From positions 9,114,001 through 9,178,000 of the forward strand of contig CM069168.1 of assembly GCA_035221665.1 (NCBI GenBank): a stretch of DNA of 64,000 bases, given 5' to 3'. Every line of letters starts with the position of its first letter. Positions within the stretch are counted from its first letter, which is position 1. Shown one piece after another: positions 37,021 to 49,204 of the stretch. This DNA comes from Okamejei kenojei (taxonomy: Eukaryota). Both the position numbers and the translations under genes were made by a program. Below the pieces are notes generated by a model, which saw only the letters and a program-made list of their open reading frames with translations, had not been told where the DNA came from and made no database searches.

Positions 37021-40000
37021 CATTTTTTAATGATCTGATTGATTCTTCGATTTATTTTACTGATATTTCAGCATTTAGTGATTCTCTATTTTGTGAATCC
37101 AACCCATTCAGATTACATTTTTTTAATGCTTCTATTCCTATCCTGTTTTCTGTCGTTTTAGCTGAATATAAATTTTTATAATATTGCAAAAATCTCTCAT
37201 TAATATCTTTGGGTTGTACTAATGGTTCGCCATTGTATGATTTAATCCTATGGATTATTTTTGCTCCCTCCATTTTCCGTCATTAATGAGCCAATAATTT
37301 TTGAGGTTTATCTCCAAATTCAAATTGTAATTGTTTAGTGTATTGATAGAGTTTTACAACTTGATCTGAGTATATTTTATTTAATTTATATTTCAGTGCA
37401 GCGATTTTGTTATGTTTTATCATGGATGGATTAGCAGCATGCTCTGTGTCTAATTGTTTAATCTCCTTTTCCAATTCCTGTTGTTCCCTCCGATTCTCTT
37501 TATTATATAATGCTTGAGAAGAAATCATAATTCCACGGGCATATGCTTTAAAAGTTTCTCATAATAGGGAAGAAGTTATTTCCGATTTATAATTTATTTC
37601 AAAGAAAATCTTGATCTGTTCTATAATATATTCCTGAGTTACTTTGTCCTGAGTTAGATTTAAATTTGTGGGTTAAATCTCCATTGTCCCTGTTTTTCCG
37701 TTTTACCGTTTATTTTAATCATAAATGTTAAAGGTGCATGATCTGAGATTGTAATATTATGGTATTTTGAATTATAAGTAAGTGATATGAGTTTAGAGTC
37801 TACCAAAAAATAATCTATTCTTGAATAGGTTTTATGTACTGGTGAGTAAAATGAATATTCTCGTCCAGTTGGATTTTCTACTCTCCAAACATCTTTAATA
37901 TTACTAGTATCCATGTATGCATTTAATAAGTCGCTGGAATTGGATTTTGTTTTCCTTTGTCTTGTGGATCTATCTAAATAAGAGTCTAGTGTACAATTTA
38001 AATCTTCTCCAATTATTAATTTATGTTGTGCTATTTCCGGGATATTATTAAAAATGTTCTTAAAGAACTGTGGACTATCAAAGTTTGGTCCATAAACATT
38101 AACAAAAATCATTGTTTGTGCATTTAATTTAACCTTTTACAATAATGTATCTACCATTACTGTCAGTTATAGTTGATGTATGTTTAAATAAAGTGTCTTT
38201 ACGAAATAATATTGCTACGCCTCTGGATTTGTGTGTAAAAGAAGAATGATACATTTTATCTATCCATTTAGCTTTCAACCTATGCTCGGCATCTTTTTTT
38301 AAGTGTGTTTCTTGAATAAAAATTACATCAGCTTTAATTGCTTTTAAATGTGCTAGTACTTTACCTCTCTTAATTGGTTCATTAATACCTTTAACATTCC
38401 AGCTACAAAACGTTATTCCTTCATTCCCCATTCATTTTTAAATCTTGCATCTTTTGTCTATGGAGGTCTATAATAGAGCCAATGGTTCAGTTCGACAGAC
38501 CCGACCTTACACCCGAACTCCGAATAGATGAATTTTAAGACCCTTGAATGTTTCTCACGTGTATATCTCCTTTGATCCAATTTGTAACTCCATTCGAACT
38601 GAAAATAATAACGATAGGTTATAGTAGAAGAAAAAAGAGGATAGATTAAGAAATTAATAATGTGCACAAAGGAGGAAAAAAACTACATCTAGTATTAGTG
38701 TAGTTAGGGCTAGCCATACTAGCATGGCTAACCATCTACCGACTTCCATAGTGGATGTTACCAACTTAACCAGTTCCCTGGTTTCTTGAAAATTTTATTC
38801 CATAGCAATATTTTATCGGGGGTATTGGATTTTAAAATATTCGGGTTCCAATAATCAGCAATGTGAGGATACATATGTTTAAAACTTAAAACGAAAAATA
38901 AGAATAAAAATTAATAAAAAAAGAAAAAAAGCGTTTCCAAGGGGGACAAATGAAATCAAACTCTATATTTGACTCTAAACCTTCAATTATAGGTAAGTAT
39001 TAGTCATTAGTGATAATTATTAGCTCTGATTAGTAAAAATATCACGCTATAGTTTTAATATTTATTAGTTATTTGTATTAGTAGTGCAGTTATACTAATT
39101 ATTAGTATCCATGGGAGAATTTCTGATCCACATCTTTCTCCAGCTTCCTTAGACACGACTTTAGTTCCATCCAGTCCTGAAAAGTCAGTTTATTCAGTGA
39201 TGAAGTTCAGTTTTAAAAGTATTATTCAAGCTTCCTCTCGAGCCTTAATCTTCTGGGCAAAGTCCAGTGCCTCCACAGGGTTGGTGAAAAAGCGTTCATT
39301 CTGATTGTAGGTGACTCTTAGGGTAGCTGGATACCTCAGACCATATTTCAGGTTCTTCACTTCCCTCAAAATTCTTTTGGTCTCATTAAAGGTTTTTCTT
39401 TTCCTGGAGACCTCTGCTGGGTAGTCTTGATCCAGAGATAAAACTTTTTGCAGTAAATTAGCAGTAAATTCTCGGGGATCTTGATCCGCCTCTTTCCCTT
39501 CTGGAATACCCGCAATTCTTAGGTTCTGTCTTCTCTGGCGACCTTCCAATTCTGTACATTTCTCAGTTATTTTGCCCAGTAGCTCAGTTAGGCGTTGGTT
39601 TTCTGTGATAAGCTTTGCACTTGTTTCGGCTCATTCTTCAAGGTCCTTGGATTCAGTACTTTCTCCACAGGATTCAGCCTTTCTTCAAGATCAGTTGTCA
39701 CTTTTCTGATTTTAACATTTGTCTCGTTTGTCATACTTGCAACTTGTTCAGTCATTATTTCTGCAATTTCTTTCTTCAATTTATCTAATGTATTCATAGC
39801 CGTGATATTAATTTCAAGTTTTAATTTCATCATTTCCTCCTTGATTTTTTTTATTTCTTCCCCAAAATTCATCTTCATTTCTTCATTCGTTTTTGCAAAT
39901 TCACTCTTTAGTTCCTCCTTTAATCCAAAAATTTCACTTGCAATAAAAGTTTTAAGATCCTCACCTTCCGATTTTTTCATCGTTTTTTTCGACACATCTT

Positions 40001-40287
40001 CTTGGAATAGCGTCCTACCTGAGGCCGAGGCTTCAATCGGGCCTTTTTCTTGTTCCACCATTTTCTGCCTAGTAACACGACTTTTCGGTTTATCCGAGGG
40101 GGGGGGGGGGGGGGGGGGGGCTGTGCTGTGTATACATAATAAGTCTCGCGCCTGATGACGTCACTCATGGCAATCGGTACAGAAGCAGCAGGCAGCAGGC
40201 AGGTCGCTTTCTCGCCGATTTTTCAACGATTTTTCCAAGGAGCTGGCTGGCGTTGCTCTCCAGCCCTCCATAGCGCCACCGGAAGTC
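37021..40287 (-). mobile_element. L1-clade LINE, 5' half (5'UTR, ORF1, ORF2 endonuclease), 3'-truncated
   Basis: ORF1 coiled coil plus RRQNLRIAGIPE, DYPAEV; ORF2 SWNVKG, IQETH, YSRIDY, ISDH; 5' end GACTTCCGGTGGCG. Confidence 0.92.
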
Positions 40288-40289
40288 AC

Positions 40290-40960
40290 AATTCTTTAGT
40301 TCCATACTGACTCCACATCTCCTGTTTCAATGTCACCCCTTGCAAGGGACTGAATTTCATTCCTCACCCCCTCTGCCTACCTGTCTGTTTTTTCGATAGG
40401 AGGTATACCCTTGAATATTCAGTTCCTAGCCCTGACTTTCTTGCAGCCCCATGTCTCAGTAATTCGAACAACATCATACTTGCCAGTTTCTAACTGAGCT
40501 TCTAGCTCGTCCACTTTATTCTTTATACTTAACCATATAACCATATAACCATATAACAATTACAGCATGGAAACAGGCCCTCTCGGCCCTTCCAGTCCGT
40601 GCCGACCATTTGTTTTCCCCTAGTCCCATCTACCTGCACTCAGACCATACCCTTGCATTCCCTTCACGTCCATATACCTATCCACTTTACTCTTAAATGT
40701 TAAAATCGATCCCGCCTCCACCACTTCTGCTGGAAGCTCATTCCACACAGCCACCACCCTCTGAGTAAAGAAATTCCCCTCACGTTACCCCGAAACCTCT
40801 GTCCCTGTATCTGAATGCTTCTCGCATTCATATACAGTACTTTGACCTCCGCATTCACTTCCCCCTCGCAGTGCTCGCAATTGGCCCTGACCTTACTCTG
40901 TTGTCCATTCTCAAGCTTTACTTTCCAATGATTCGAGAAGTGGAAGTGGAAGTGGAAAGG
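40290..40960 (-). mobile_element. CR1 endonuclease fragment with nested CR1 3' end
   Basis: VKVLYMNARS at ~40850; (CCATATAA)n tail at 40530. Confidence 0.75.
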
Positions 40961-40964
40961 AATT

Positions 40965-42378
40965 TGAAGTGGAAAGGAATAAAAACACATAGAACCCGAA
41001 GAGAACTTATAGAGATAATGGGCGCTGGATATGCAAGAGAGTTATCCACGGGTTAATGTGATGGATGTAGCAGAACATATTGTGAAATTAGAACAGTTAG
41101 TAAAGTAGCCGTACTGGGATTTAAAGATGCGGAGACACTTAGTAAGGTAGGGGAGAAAGCACTGCTACTCTTTCTTATGGGAGATAAAATGCTTAAACCC
41201 TACGAGGAGACAATAAACAGAATGATAGACTGAGAAATCTACTGTGTAATATTTCTCAGGATGATCGTAGGGAACAGGTATGTGGTGTTTAGTCCAAACT
41301 GGCTAATGTCTCAGGTACAGGGTGGCATTCTAATGTTAGCTACCCACCAAGTCCCCAATTTGATATCAAATCAACAACTGGAAAAATGGAGTAAAGATAT
41401 GCAATGTTACTGTCACGTAAGTTCGTTGTCTAAAGCGAGACAAGTGGATCGGATATACCAAAATGCTCAGGGAACATATATTTTTGGAGTTGTTCTTCAT
41501 GTCCCACGCCAGCTGAAGAATGAGACGTTTACCCTATACCAGTTACATATTATTGGGCAGTACAAACGAGGAGCTTCGATGACAATGCACAGTGCTCTTG
41601 AACATAACGTGATAATTGATAAGGTACCAAGGGGCATCACATTGGACCAATGTCATCAAACAAGAAATAATGAGTATGATTGAGTTTGCTTGTGGATTTA
41701 CTCATTATAATAACGGTAAGCTTTAGATTGATATAAAACCTAATGCTTATTTTGTTAGTGTTGCATATAAATGGGAAAATATTAGGTCACTGCCTCTGCT
41801 ACGTGGCATTGAACGAGTGGTGGGAAATGTACTCTTCGTTGGCATAATATTGTAAACCGGAGTTTTACAAGACAGATCACTATCCGAGACACGAAATTAA
41901 TAAATCGACAACAGTAAGCTTCATTGTCGTACGGAATGACTCGGACGAGACATTAAGAAGATTTATCGCAAACAAACTTCAACCAATACCGCACCTCCAT
42001 GCTGATAGGAAGACACTGACTAATGAGGGTGAAATGGTTATACATGACTGGCCTGACAGCACTAAGCCTATTCGGATGCATGGCAGAGAAGCAGAGGACA
42101 TATTGAGAAAATTGACTTGTTGGGAAAGAGCCTGGAACTGGGGACGGGATACTAACGTGCACCCTTTCATTGTTTTTTGTCCAGTTATTGATAGTGATTA
42201 TTTCTTCTTATTTTGGTTTCACAGGAGGGTATACGATAAGTTGAACACTTTAACGTTAGTTAGACAGATGGGAAGAGGGGATAACAGACAACAATTAATT
42301 TCAGTAAGTGTATTAGTGAGTGTTGTTTAATATGGATGAATTGGGTGTGACCAATTGCAAAGAGGTGGAAATGTAGAC
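40965..42378 (+). mobile_element. ERV env remnant (copy 3) with furin site, ending a few bases into the LTR
   Basis: KTHRTRR|ELIEIMGAGYA; ORF 41261-41683; direct copy of 14345-15192. Confidence 0.65.
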
Positions 42379-42439
42379 ATGTGAAATTTGCTGCAATTTG
42401 CCGTCGGCCTCCTAAAGTCTATGACGTACTGATCATATC

Positions 42440-43840
42440 AGTCAATAGACAAGAGAAAATAGACAATAGACAATATGTGCAGGAGTAGGCCATTCAACCC
42501 TTCGAGCCAGCACCGCCATTCAATGTGATCATGGCTGATCATCCCCAATCAGTACCCCGTTCCTGCCTTCTCTCCATATCCCCTGACCGCTATTTTTTAA
42601 GAGCCCTATCTCGCTCTCTCTTGAAAGCATCCAGCGAGCCTGTCTCCACCACCCTCTGAGGCAGAGAATTCCACAGACTTACTCCTTATTCTTAAACTGT
42701 GGCCCCTGGTTCTGGACTCCCCTAACATCGGGAACACCCTTCCTGCCTCTAGCGTGTCCAAACCCTTAATAATTGTATATGCTTCAACGAGAATCCCTCT
42801 CATCCTTCTAAACCCAAGTGTACAAGCCCAGCTGCTCCATTCTCTCAAAGTCACAAACAATCTTCCTGACATAGTAGTGGCCAGATGATCTGGGGTGACA
42901 CAGCAACTGAAGGCAAATCCACATTAGGCAGGAAATGGTGTTGGATAGACTGATGGGACAAAATTTGCAGGTGACACAAAGCTGGGTGGCAGTGTGAACT
43001 GTGAGGAGGATGCTATGATAATGCAGGTTGACTTGGACAGGTTGGGAGTGTTGGCAGATGAATGGCAGATTAAGTTTAATGCGAATAAATGTGAGGTTAT
43101 CCACTTTGGTGGCAAAAACAGGAAGGCAGATTACTATTTAATGGCGTCAAGTTGGGAAAAGGGGAAGTACAACGGGATCTGGGGGTCTTTGTTCATCAGT
43201 CTACGAAAGTAAGCATGCATGTACAGCAGGTAGTGAAGAAAGAGAATGGCATGTTGGCCTTTACAACAAGAGGAATAGGAGCAAAGAGGTGCTTCAGCAG
43301 TTGAACAGAGCCCTGGTGAGACAACACCTCGAGTATTGTATGCAGTTTTGGTCACCTTATTTGAGGAAGGACATTCTTGCTATTGGGGGAGTGCAGCGTA
43401 GGTTGACAGTGTTAATTCCCGATATGGGGGGGGACTGTGATATGCTGAGAGAATGGAGCAGTTGGTCTTGTACATTCTGGAGTTTAGAAGGATGGGAGGG
43501 GATCTCATTTAAACAGATATGATTGTTAAGGGCTTGGTTACGCGTCCAGAACAAGGGACCATAGTTTCTGAATGAGTAAGCCATTTAGAACGGAGACGAG
43601 GAAACACTTTTTCTCACAAAGAGTGATGAGTGTGGAATTCTCTGCCTCAGGTGGAGGCAGGTTATCTGGATGCTTTCAAGAGAGAGCTCGATAGGGCTCT
43701 TAAAAATAGCGGAGTCAGGGGATATGGGGAGAAGGCAGGAACGGGGTACTGATTGGGGATGATCAGCCATGCTCACATGCTGGTTCGAAGGGCCAAATGG
43801 CCTACTCCTGCACCTATTGTCTATTGTTTATTGTCTATAT
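42440..43840. mobile_element. Fused, oppositely oriented CR1 fragments (- 42440-42850; + 42850-43840)
   Basis: Left part matches the CR1 at 17505 with the same flank; right part matches 23040-24710 with the same flank. Confidence 0.85.
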
Positions 43841-44099
43841 GACAATATTTAACGTTACTTCCCAAACTAAGATCCTTATTGCTTGATTTGACTAAATCAC
43901 ACTTTGCATCTAATGTTATTGCTGTTACATATTTGAAGTTCATTGTTCAGGTTAGAAATAATATTTTTCGCAGGAATAATTACATTTAAGAAACTCTAAC
44001 CTCGTGTTAATTAAATATTTTGCAACATTCCCTTTTATAAAATGTGACAAAAAACATTAAAATTAACAGTTCGTGTAATCCGTCGAGGACAGAAATTCC

Positions 44100-44209
44100 T
44101 TGCGCAATAAGAAAAAAAAACAGTTACGGTTGTTGTTTGTTCAGTGGCTGTGGCTGATGTGCCAGAGGTCACGCTAATTGTCTCAGAGGAATGTCCTCTT
44201 TTGTATAAA
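44100..44209 (+). promoter_or_regulatory. Putative GPCR proximal promoter (copy 3)
   Basis: TTGCGCAAT at 44101, AGGTCA, TATAAA at 44204; CCAAT changed to CTAAT. Confidence 0.5.
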
Positions 44210-44285
44210 TGTGTGCTAAATCAATCACCAGTACAGATGGACAGTTGGAAAGTTGTGTGCGATTGTTCGCTGCTTCACATGGGAA

Positions 44286-47200
44286 ATGGATTATCCAGCA
44301 ATTTACTACATAGCCGGCACTTTCTACCCTGTACTTGCGGCGGTTGGTATTCCTGGTAAGATACTGGGACTAGTACGTTTAGTTTTGTACAGAAAAACCC
44401 AAGAAGATCACGGGGAGAATGTACAAACTCCGCGCAGGATCAAACCCGGGTGGTTGTCGCTGTCAGGCAGCACATTTAACACTGCGTACCGTGCCGCCCT
44501 GTGTGCATTTCGCCTTCCTGTCTGTACCTGCTGCTCTGAAAAATAGTCGCTTTTAATTTTTTTTAATGTTTATTTTATTAGAAGCGATTGTACAAGATAA
44601 AGTCAATCGACATAACAATTATACAATTTTCGTACAGCTTCAGTTTTAACAGTTTATAAACTGATAAATGAATCGTAAACAAGTTAAAAGAAAAGAATGA
44701 AGAGAAAGAAGAAAGATACAAAAAAGAGAGAAGTATAAAAAACCCTGACCTGACAAAGAAGTGAGGGAAAAAGAGAAAATAACAGAGATATGTCCCACTA
44801 TCCTTCCCTACCACCGCTCACCCAACCCAAGCATCGGTTTTAAATTTGTATTCAACCATTCTGTTGTTGAAGAAATTCAATTTAAGGAGACCATATTTTG
44901 GGAAATTGATCCGGTTTGTCAGTCAAGACAAGCCTATTTTTTTTTCTCAATGTAGTGTCTCGGTCATTTCTGTGATCCGCATCTTCACTGTGGGAACTGT
45001 TACCTTTTTCCGTAATTTTCGCAGTTATTAAACCATAGTCAAGGAAACGTCTGTGGAATGTCGTTAACTTAGAGCAGCCCTCAGACATTCCTAATATTAT
45101 TAATTTTGAATCTGACTCCAATTGAATTTTTAGTGTATTATAAATGGTATTGAATATTCCCATCCAGAAATGTTGTATTTTAATACAGGATACAAAAGAA
45201 TGGGTTAAGGTAGCTTCTTGGCGGTGACATTTATCACAGAGAGGGGAGACAGTTGGGAAAATCGTATCTAATTTGGTCTTTGAGTAGTATAACATATGCA
45301 ATATTTTGAATTGTATCAGGCAATGCCTGACATTTAAAGAACAGCAATGTATGTATAGTAGACTTTCCTCTCATATATCTTTTGAAATGGGGAAACCCAA
45401 CTCGTCCTCCCATGCTCGCCTATAAATCTCAGAAGCTGGGGTATCAATATTTAAGAGAGTGTTATAAATGTAAGATATCAACTTACTTATATCGGCAAGT
45501 CTATTCAAACAATCGTCTAATATATCTGGGCCCATAAAAGGACAATATTGTGTATATGTTTTTACATAATCTCGGATTTGAAGGTATCGAAAATTTGTTT
45601 GCGTACAAGTGATATTTCTCCTGCAGTTCTTGAAAAGAAAAGAGAGCACCCTTTTTATGGTGTTCTCCCACAGTGTTAATTCCCAGGTTTATCCATTGAA
45701 CAAATGCCATATCTAATTTAGACGGTTTAAACGAGGGATTGATTGCAATAAGAAGAAGGAAGAATAGTCTCTTTGATACCCAGACCAGATGCTACCTCAG
45801 CTGAGGAGTGTCTTCGGTAAGTTCAGGCTTCAGCGTCTGTTTTATTTCTGGCATTTTGTTCTTATTGATGTGTGGTTCTTTTGTCAATCACGTCAGTTAA
45901 TTTAGAGCTGATGTTTACATTTTTTCAGCATGTAACCGTATTCAAATTGTTGCCGGCGCATAATCCTCAAGCTCTGGGTCTGATTAATACAGACCTTTCC
46001 ACCAAGAGTCAGCGAATGGGAAATGTATACATGCCTGTCAACATGGCTGTTCAATTACCACAACCAGCTGAAAAATCTTTTCATTTTTTCGTTCTCTGAT
46101 TAATTTGCCAGTTTTGATTTTATGACTGTGTTTCCACTTGCTCCGTCTGATATGCCTGAGGAAGCAGTTCTCCCTGATTCTAATGTTCTCTGATACAAGT
46201 TAATTTCGATTGACGCTGCGAATCGAAATGACTGAGATGATCAGTGCGTCGTAGACTTTAGGAGGCCGACGGTAAACTGCTGCTAATTACCCACACATCT
46301 GTCTCTTCGTTCAGCGCCGCTCTTAAGTATTTCTCCCAACGGAAATTTCGTAAACTGGATCAGGTCCTTGCTCATTGGAACTAACGTTTTATTTTGTTTC
46401 TTGCAGTTAATTTAACGGCGATTGTGATCCTCTCCCGGGGTAAATGTGGTCTCTCCAAATGCATCACCCGTTACCTAGTGGGAATGGCAACAGCGGATCT
46501 AATGGTGGTTGTCATTGTTGCTGCAATTGAACAAGTTAATAACATATATGTTTACGCTAGTCCCTTGCTCATTACCCCGGTTTGCGCTCTGACGCTAGTA
46601 CTAAGGATTGTAACAATGGACTGTTCCGTTTGGTTCACCGTCAGTTTTACTTGCGATCGTTTTATGGCAATCTGTTGTCAAAAGCTACGTGAGCGCTACA
46701 GCAGCGAGAGAGCAGCGTGTGTGGTTATGGTGACTGTAGCTGCCGTCAGCTGCGCCCGGTCCTTTCCCTTTTACTTTGCCCTGGAGCCTTTAGTTATAAT
46801 TGACAATGTGCCTTGGCGTTGCGCCTTCACAGAGGAGTACGCCACTTTGTCGGTGTGGAAAGGTGTAGAGTTACTTGACAGCATCTTAGCACCGTTGTTA
46901 CCGATCGGTTTAATCCTGTTGTTCAATGGGTTAACTGTCAGACATATCATAGCGGCCAACAGAGTTCGCAGACGACTTCGGAACAGCCAAGAGAACCAGA
47001 AGGATACAGAGGTGGAGAACCGGAGAAAATCGATGATTTTGCTCTTCGCTGTATCGGGCAATTTCATATTATTTTGGATACCCTATGTGGTTCATTCTCT
47101 GACATGGCAAGCACGTAATTACTTTTACACTGATAGATATTTGAGCAGCCCGATATATATCCTGCAGCAGTTTGGATATATGTTGCAGATTCTCAGCATG

Positions 47201-47305
47201 TGCACAAACACGTGTATTTATACACTGACACAGAGGAAGTTCAGGGATCAGCTGAAGAGTGGAGTGAAATATCTACTCACATTGAATGGCCGATTATGTA
47301 GTTGA
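44286..47305 (+). CDS. GPR139-like class A GPCR, intact (exon 1 44286-44355, exon 2 46407-47305; 322 aa)
   Basis: Phase-1 GT-AG intron; seven hydrophobic segments; MATADL (TM2), CDRF (TM3), ECL2 Cys, FWIP (TM6), NTCIY (TM7); AATAAA at 47341. Confidence 0.92.
44554..45758 (-). mobile_element. L1 3' fragment in the intron of the intact GPCR
   Basis: ORF2 C-terminus CDKC..H..SC; A-rich tail; ~16-bp TSD GAA(A/G)AATAGTC(G/T)CTTT at 44538 and 45759; empty site at ~25575. Confidence 0.88.
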
Positions 47306-47394
47306 CGTGTAACTCTGATAGCAACATGGATGAAATGCCAAATAAATGTCTTTAACAATTCGTACGTTCGGTAAAACGCAGAATGACAGAATCT

Positions 47395-49200
47395 CTGCAG
47401 AATGTTTCGTTTTTAGCTATTTTAACGACATTCTATCTCGGCCATTTCCCATCATGCTCGCCAGTAAGTGAGCTCCATGGTTACCCAAACCACAACCTAC
47501 CCATCTTCCTTATAATTCTCAAAATTCTCTACATTTCCCCCTCTTGGCAATTGGTCACACCCAATTAATCCATATTAAACAGCACCCACTAATACACCCA
47601 CTGAAACGAATTGTTGTCTGCTATCCCCTCCACCCCCTGCCTAACAAACATCAGGGTTTTCAACATCGTATACCCTCCTGTGAAACCAAAATAAGAATAA
47701 AGTAATCACTATCAATATCTGTACAAAAACTAATCAAAGAGTGCGCGTTAGTTCAGTTCCAGGCTCTATCCCAACAAGTCCATTTTCTCAATATGTCCTC
47801 TGCTTCTCCGCCATTCATCCGAATAGGCTGAGTGCTGTCAGGCCAGTCATGTATAACCATTTCACCCTCCTTAGTCAGTATCGTCCAATCAAGCATCTGT
47901 CTGGTAAAACTCCGGTTTACAATATTATGCCAACGTAGAGTACATTTCCGACCACTCGTTCAATGCCACTTAGCAGAGGCAGCGACCTAATATTTTCCCA
48001 TTTGTGGGCAACACTAGCAAAAGAGGCATTAGGTTTTACATCAATCGAAAACTTACCGTTATTATAATGAGTAAATCCACAACCAAACTCCATCATACTC
48101 ATTATTTCTTGTTTGATGACATCGATGCCCCTTGGTACTTTATCAATTATCACATTATGTTCAAGAGCATTGTGCATTGTTATGGAAGCTCCTTGTTTAT
48201 ACTGCCCAATAATATGTAACTGGTATAGGGTAAACGTCTTATTCCTCAGCTGGCGTGGGACATGGAGAACAACTCCAAAAATATATGTCCCCTGAGCATC
48301 TTGGTATATCCGATCCACTTGTCTCCCTATAGACAACGATCTTACGTGACAGTAACATTGCATATCTTGACTCCATTTTTCCAGTTGTTGATTCGATATC
48401 AAATTGGGAACTTGGTGGGTAGCTAACATTAGAATGCCACCCTGTACCTGAGACATTAGCCAGTTGGAATAAACACCACATACCTGTTCCCTACGCTCAT
48501 CCTGAGAAATATTACTGAGTAGATTATTCAGTCTATCGATCTGTTTATTGTCTCTCTCATAGGGCTTAAGAATTTTATCTCCCTTAAGAAAGATTTGCAG
48601 TGCTTTCACCCCTACCTTACTAAGTGTCTCGGCATCTTTAAATCCCAGTACGGCCACTTTCCACATCTTCTTTCCAACTGTTCTAATTTCACAATAGGTT
48701 CTGCTATATCCGTCACATTAACCCGTGGATAACTCTGTCGCATATCCAACGCCCATTGTCTCTATAAGTTCCCTTCGGGTTCTATGTGTTTTTATTCCTT
48801 TCCACCAACTGTTCTCTTAAAAACATATGGAGTAATTCCCACGTGGGTGTTGAGCACCATTCCACATTGTCCAACCCCGTAAGGTTCAACATCACCTGAT
48901 GTGACGGGAATGGGGAACAGAGGTTACCTATTCTTCCTTCGGGGGCATCAAGTGCCCGTGACTAACTACCACCCTAACATCCTCATCACAGAGGGTTGGG
49001 CTCCCGGCTGTTGTGGCTCTGGATAAGGGAGTTGGACATATATTTAACCACACCATGCCACCTTGATCGCCACATACCACATCAATTTTCAGTTAGGGTT
49101 TCTGATGATTAAATGTTGTGCCGTTGGAGCACTTGATTCCAGCCTGATGCATGCATTATGTGAAACCCTGTGAAAATAAAAACAAACCCAGCCCATTGCC
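47395..49200 (-). mobile_element. ERV env/LTR remnant (copy 4, longest)
   Basis: 249-aa ORF 47917-48666; RTRR furin site near 48775; PPT/LTR junction near 47535. Confidence 0.65.
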
Positions 49201-49204
49201 AGTT

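Noticed and set aside
40097-40120. Poly-G tract as a functional G-quadruplex (also poly-C at 3338, 5506, 57084)
   Set aside because: Homopolymers within repeats; length unreliable and no supporting context
39595-40155. 186-aa hydrophobic membrane-like ORF
   Set aside because: Antisense of the A-rich L1 ORF1 coiled coil
46394-46406. Single-exon GPCR starting at MFLAVN
   Set aside because: Non-ATG start within the polypyrimidine tract; the real N-terminus and half of TM1 come from exon 1 at 44286
47917-48666. Domesticated (syncytin-like) env gene
   Set aside because: All four copies have frameshifts, stops or deletions; no full-length ORF
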